A DNA stretch of 64,000 nucleotides from the human T2T-CHM13v2.0 reference genome, Homo sapiens: the NCBI RefSeq assembly GCF_009914755.1, contig NC_060947.1; one strand, given 5' to 3'. Shown in pieces: positions 60,574 to 64,000 of this stretch; position 1 is the stretch's first letter, and the number at the start of each line of letters is the position of its first letter. Below the pieces are notes generated by a model. That model ran no database searches. It had not been told where the DNA came from and was given only the letters and a program-made list of their open reading frames with translations. The translations under genes were made by a program, and so were the position numbers.

Positions 60574-62197
60574 TATAACATTTGGTGCCTTGAGATGGAA
60601 ATTCTTAACTGTATATTTCCAATAATTTCTCAGCATGTCACACTTCTACAGCAAATTCTAACTCTCAACATGTGTTATCCATAGGCCACTGAGCTTTTCA
60701 GCTTGTCAGTGGCAATCTTTCTGATCTTGAGCCTCTTAGACTGTTGGGTGTAGCAATGAATGGAGAAAATACGTGAAATACGTTGGTTCTCTAGTCCTCT
60801 ACAGGCCTAAAATTACTTCCTCAAGAATACTTATAGACAGTTATTTAAGCCCCTAGATATAAAAATACACTAGTAAGCAAAGCAGACATATACTTTGTCA
60901 ACATGAAGCTCAGAGTCTAGTTGGAGAGACAAGATCTTTCTTAGGGTAAAACAATGTTATGTTTTTCTATGAAACATACTACCTGACATATTACACTCTA
61001 ATCAGAGAGAGTAAGACAAATAAGACAGCAAAACACCAATTAGCTCTGTCTTTCTCCCTCTGCCTAATACTCATCTTCTGACAGATGTTTAAGTAATTTA
61101 AATTGAAAACATTATTTTTCTTGAGTTTAATACTTAAATTATCTCACAAGCTTTTATTCATCTTTAGTAAAAATATAGTAAATAGTAATACTGAAAAGGC
61201 TTAAGTTTTATACCAATCCGAATCCAAAGTCTGTGCTTCGACAATGTTACATGCATTATATTGAGAACAATTGAAAATCAATGCATGTTTTCTATTGCAT
61301 ATGCAGAGAGACATACTTTCTCAAGTAACACTTTAATACCATCAAAGCAACTAAAATCGAGTACTTTTTTTTATAGCTTTTGAATATAAAACTGGGGGGG
61401 GCACAGTTGGCAGTTGGAAGAAGACATAGGACTGGAACAAAGAATGTGTCATTTCACATGGATTCTATGGAAAGATAACACATAGGTGACCTCATTAGAA
61501 AAAGACATTACTCAGGGTCACTGGCAATTAGTAGGTTTCAGAGGACAATATTCATGGCAACATCTTCAAGGTTGTCTTACTCTCTCTAATTAGAGTGTAA
61601 TATGTCAGGTAGTAGGTTTCATAGAAAAACATAACATTGTTTTACCCCAGGAATGATCTTGTCTCTCCAACTAGACTCTAAGCTTCATGATGACAAAGTA
61701 TATGTCTGCTTTGCTTTCTAGTGTATCCTTATATCTTGGGGCTGAAATAACTGGATTTGTATAAACTGTAAGGTGTGCAAGAAAGGTTTCTTACTGGAGA
61801 GCCAAAGTACTCCATTGCCCAACCCTAGAGCAATTCATTAACATCACTGGACCTCGGATATGAGAAGAAAATGAGAGATCAGATGCTTGTTAAAGTTCCC
61901 TTCAGCTTTAAAATCTATTATAACCTTAAACTGGTGAATGCTTCAAAATCCTAACGTATAAATACTAAGATTTATTTGAAAACTGCTGAAGATAATATAG
62001 TGTAATGGAAATAGCAGGGCATTTGGAGTCACTTACCCTTAGCAGTGCGGCCTTAGGGACAGCATTGACCTTCTCTGTCCTGCAGTTTCCCTGCAAATGC
62101 AATACAACTAGGGACATGAGGATCCTCAGAAAATAAATCCCCAAAACAATCTCAAGTATATGCTTTATTCTTATATTTACCTTCCTTCTTTAGGCTT

Positions 62198-62238
62198 TGA
62201 TATGGTTTGGATCTTACGGTCCCCACCCAAAACTCATT
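62198..62238 (+). mobile_element. About 40 bp of an MST/THE1 LTR 5' end
   Basis: 'tgatatggtttggatc...ccccacccaaaactcat'. Confidence 0.6.
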
Positions 62239-62822
62239 TATTAGTCAAGGTTCTCTAGAGGGACAGAATTAATAGGATATATGTATACATGAAAGAGAGT
62301 TTATTAGGGAAAATTGGCTCACATAATTACAAGCCAAAGTCCCACGACAGGCTGTCTGTAAGCTAGGGAAGAGAGAAGCCAGTAGTAGCTCAGTCCAAGA
62401 CTGAAAGCCTCAAAACCAGGGAAGCTGACGGTGCAGCCTTCAGTCTGTGGCCAAAGGCCCAAGAGCCCCTGGCAAGCCACTGGTGCAAGTCCCAAGTCCA
62501 GAGGCCAAAGAACCTTGAATCTGATGTCAAAGGGCAGGAGGAGCAGAAGGAAGCATCCAGCACTGGGGAAAAAGAAGGAAACCAGAAGACTCAGTGAGCA
62601 AGGGTATGCCACCTTCTTCCGCCTGCTTTATTCTAGCTGCGCTGGCAGCCAGTTGGATGGTGCCCGCCCACATTGATGGTGGGTTTTCATCTCCCAGTCC
62701 ACTGATTCAAATGTCAATCTCCTCTGGCAACACCCTCACAGAAACACCCAGAAACAATACTTTACCAGCCATCTAGGCATCCTTCCATCCGATCAAGTTG
62801 ACACCTAATATTAAATATCACA
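62239..62822 (-). mobile_element. MLT2 (MLT2A/B-like, HERV-L) solo LTR
   Basis: 'tattagtcaaggttctctagagggacagaa' to 'caagttgacacctaatattaaatatcaca'. Confidence 0.85.
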
Positions 62823-63344
62823 AGCCTCTAACTTGTTATAATTAATGATACTATCAACAGCAGCATAGTAGTTACTCAATAAAGAGCAGCTATTATAACT
62901 TAAAAATTTTTTATAAATAATAATATAGGCTTCACGGAGGCTGGAGCCATATTCATCCTATCTCCCACATATTCCTAATGCTTGGCCCAGTGCCTTATGT
63001 ATAATGGCCATTAATTAAATATATGCTGAAATAAAATTAATCCTGCTATTAATGATAGAAAATTAGAACTGCAACTCAAAATTTTTATTTTGGTAAATAA
63101 TTCCCTATTATAATTCCCTAGCAATCTAGCTTACAATCAGCATTTTACCCAGCTATTAATACTTTCTCTATAGTATACATAGTTTGAAATCATTGTGTTG
63201 AAATTGTTTTACCTGGATTAGTTTTCTCTTCTTCCACTCTTTCTCTCACCTGAATGAAGATGTCTAGCTTTCTTTCTGTGGTATCATTGTGGCTTCTCTT
63301 TCTCTCTATCCTGGTATTCCTGTAGAACATTTAATCAATCAACA

Positions 63345-63475
63345 TCTGACTCCTAGTCTAGACAGCAGTCACCTGTAGAATGAGAACTTCTTCCTTTGCA
63401 TTTTTGAGTCCCCAGTACCTATTTCTGCCACATAGTAAATGTTCAATATATATATTTTTATCCAAGTGAATGAAG
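63345..63475. mobile_element. LINE-2 3' terminus
   Basis: 'gagtccccagtacct...acatagtaaatgttcaatata...gtgaatgaa'. Confidence 0.6.
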
Positions 63476-64000
63476 GGAGCAGAAAAAATAAGATGAAAAT
63501 ACTAATTAAATTTTCAGATACAAGGATATGGACAAAAAATACAACTATTTGTTATCTTGTGTTTATAAATAGAAACAATAGAGTAAATCAATTGTTGGAA
63601 ATATATTTGTCATGTAACAAAATAGACTGCAAAATGTCTTTTTTGTCACACTAGGCCTGCTCACTCCCATAGGTCTTTTTGCAGAGGGCGCACATTGCTT
63701 ATTATTATGTTATTTGAAAGAAAATCAAAAGAATATTTTTATGATTTTTCTGGTTAATTAAACATAATAATAGAGGAGGGGAGTTGGCCAAGTAGATGTT
63801 GGTTAGGTTTAGAGGATAAGAATAGAGTTAATATCTTTATCAAACAATGGGTTCACATTTAAATTATCCAGAGACCTTGACTTAAATTTTGTATCAAACG
63901 ATTTAATTATGTTTTCTTTGGCACTGGTTTTTGAATTCACTATTAGTTGTTCCAGTTTCTCACAAATGCAACATGATGTGAAGGACACAAAAGTAGAAAC

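Overview
AT-rich, CpG-depleted primate (almost certainly human) genomic DNA, intergenic or deep-intronic. I recognise no host protein-coding exon, RNA gene or CpG island. Every ORF with a recognisable product comes from a transposable element. Contents: a full-length but dead L1PA6-like LINE-1 with a 16-bp TSD (5336-11436) and an open antisense ORF0; older L1, L2 and MIR fragments; seven Alus, including a near-consensus AluYc1-like copy; many MaLR/ERVL LTRs, including a two-LTR THE1; a full-length Tigger4 DNA transposon; and an ERV1 cluster at 44-49.6 kb. The best functional candidate is in that cluster: a MER41B provirus whose two LTRs each keep tandem STAT (GAS) motifs, with a nested MER61-like LTR carrying a perfect 20-bp p53 response element. 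Two short local duplications at 50-54 kb are not explained by TEs, and one looks like a templated insertion. I cannot support a wholly new biological system from this sequence. Subfamily names come from recalled consensus sequences rather than a database search, and boundaries of old elements are approximate.
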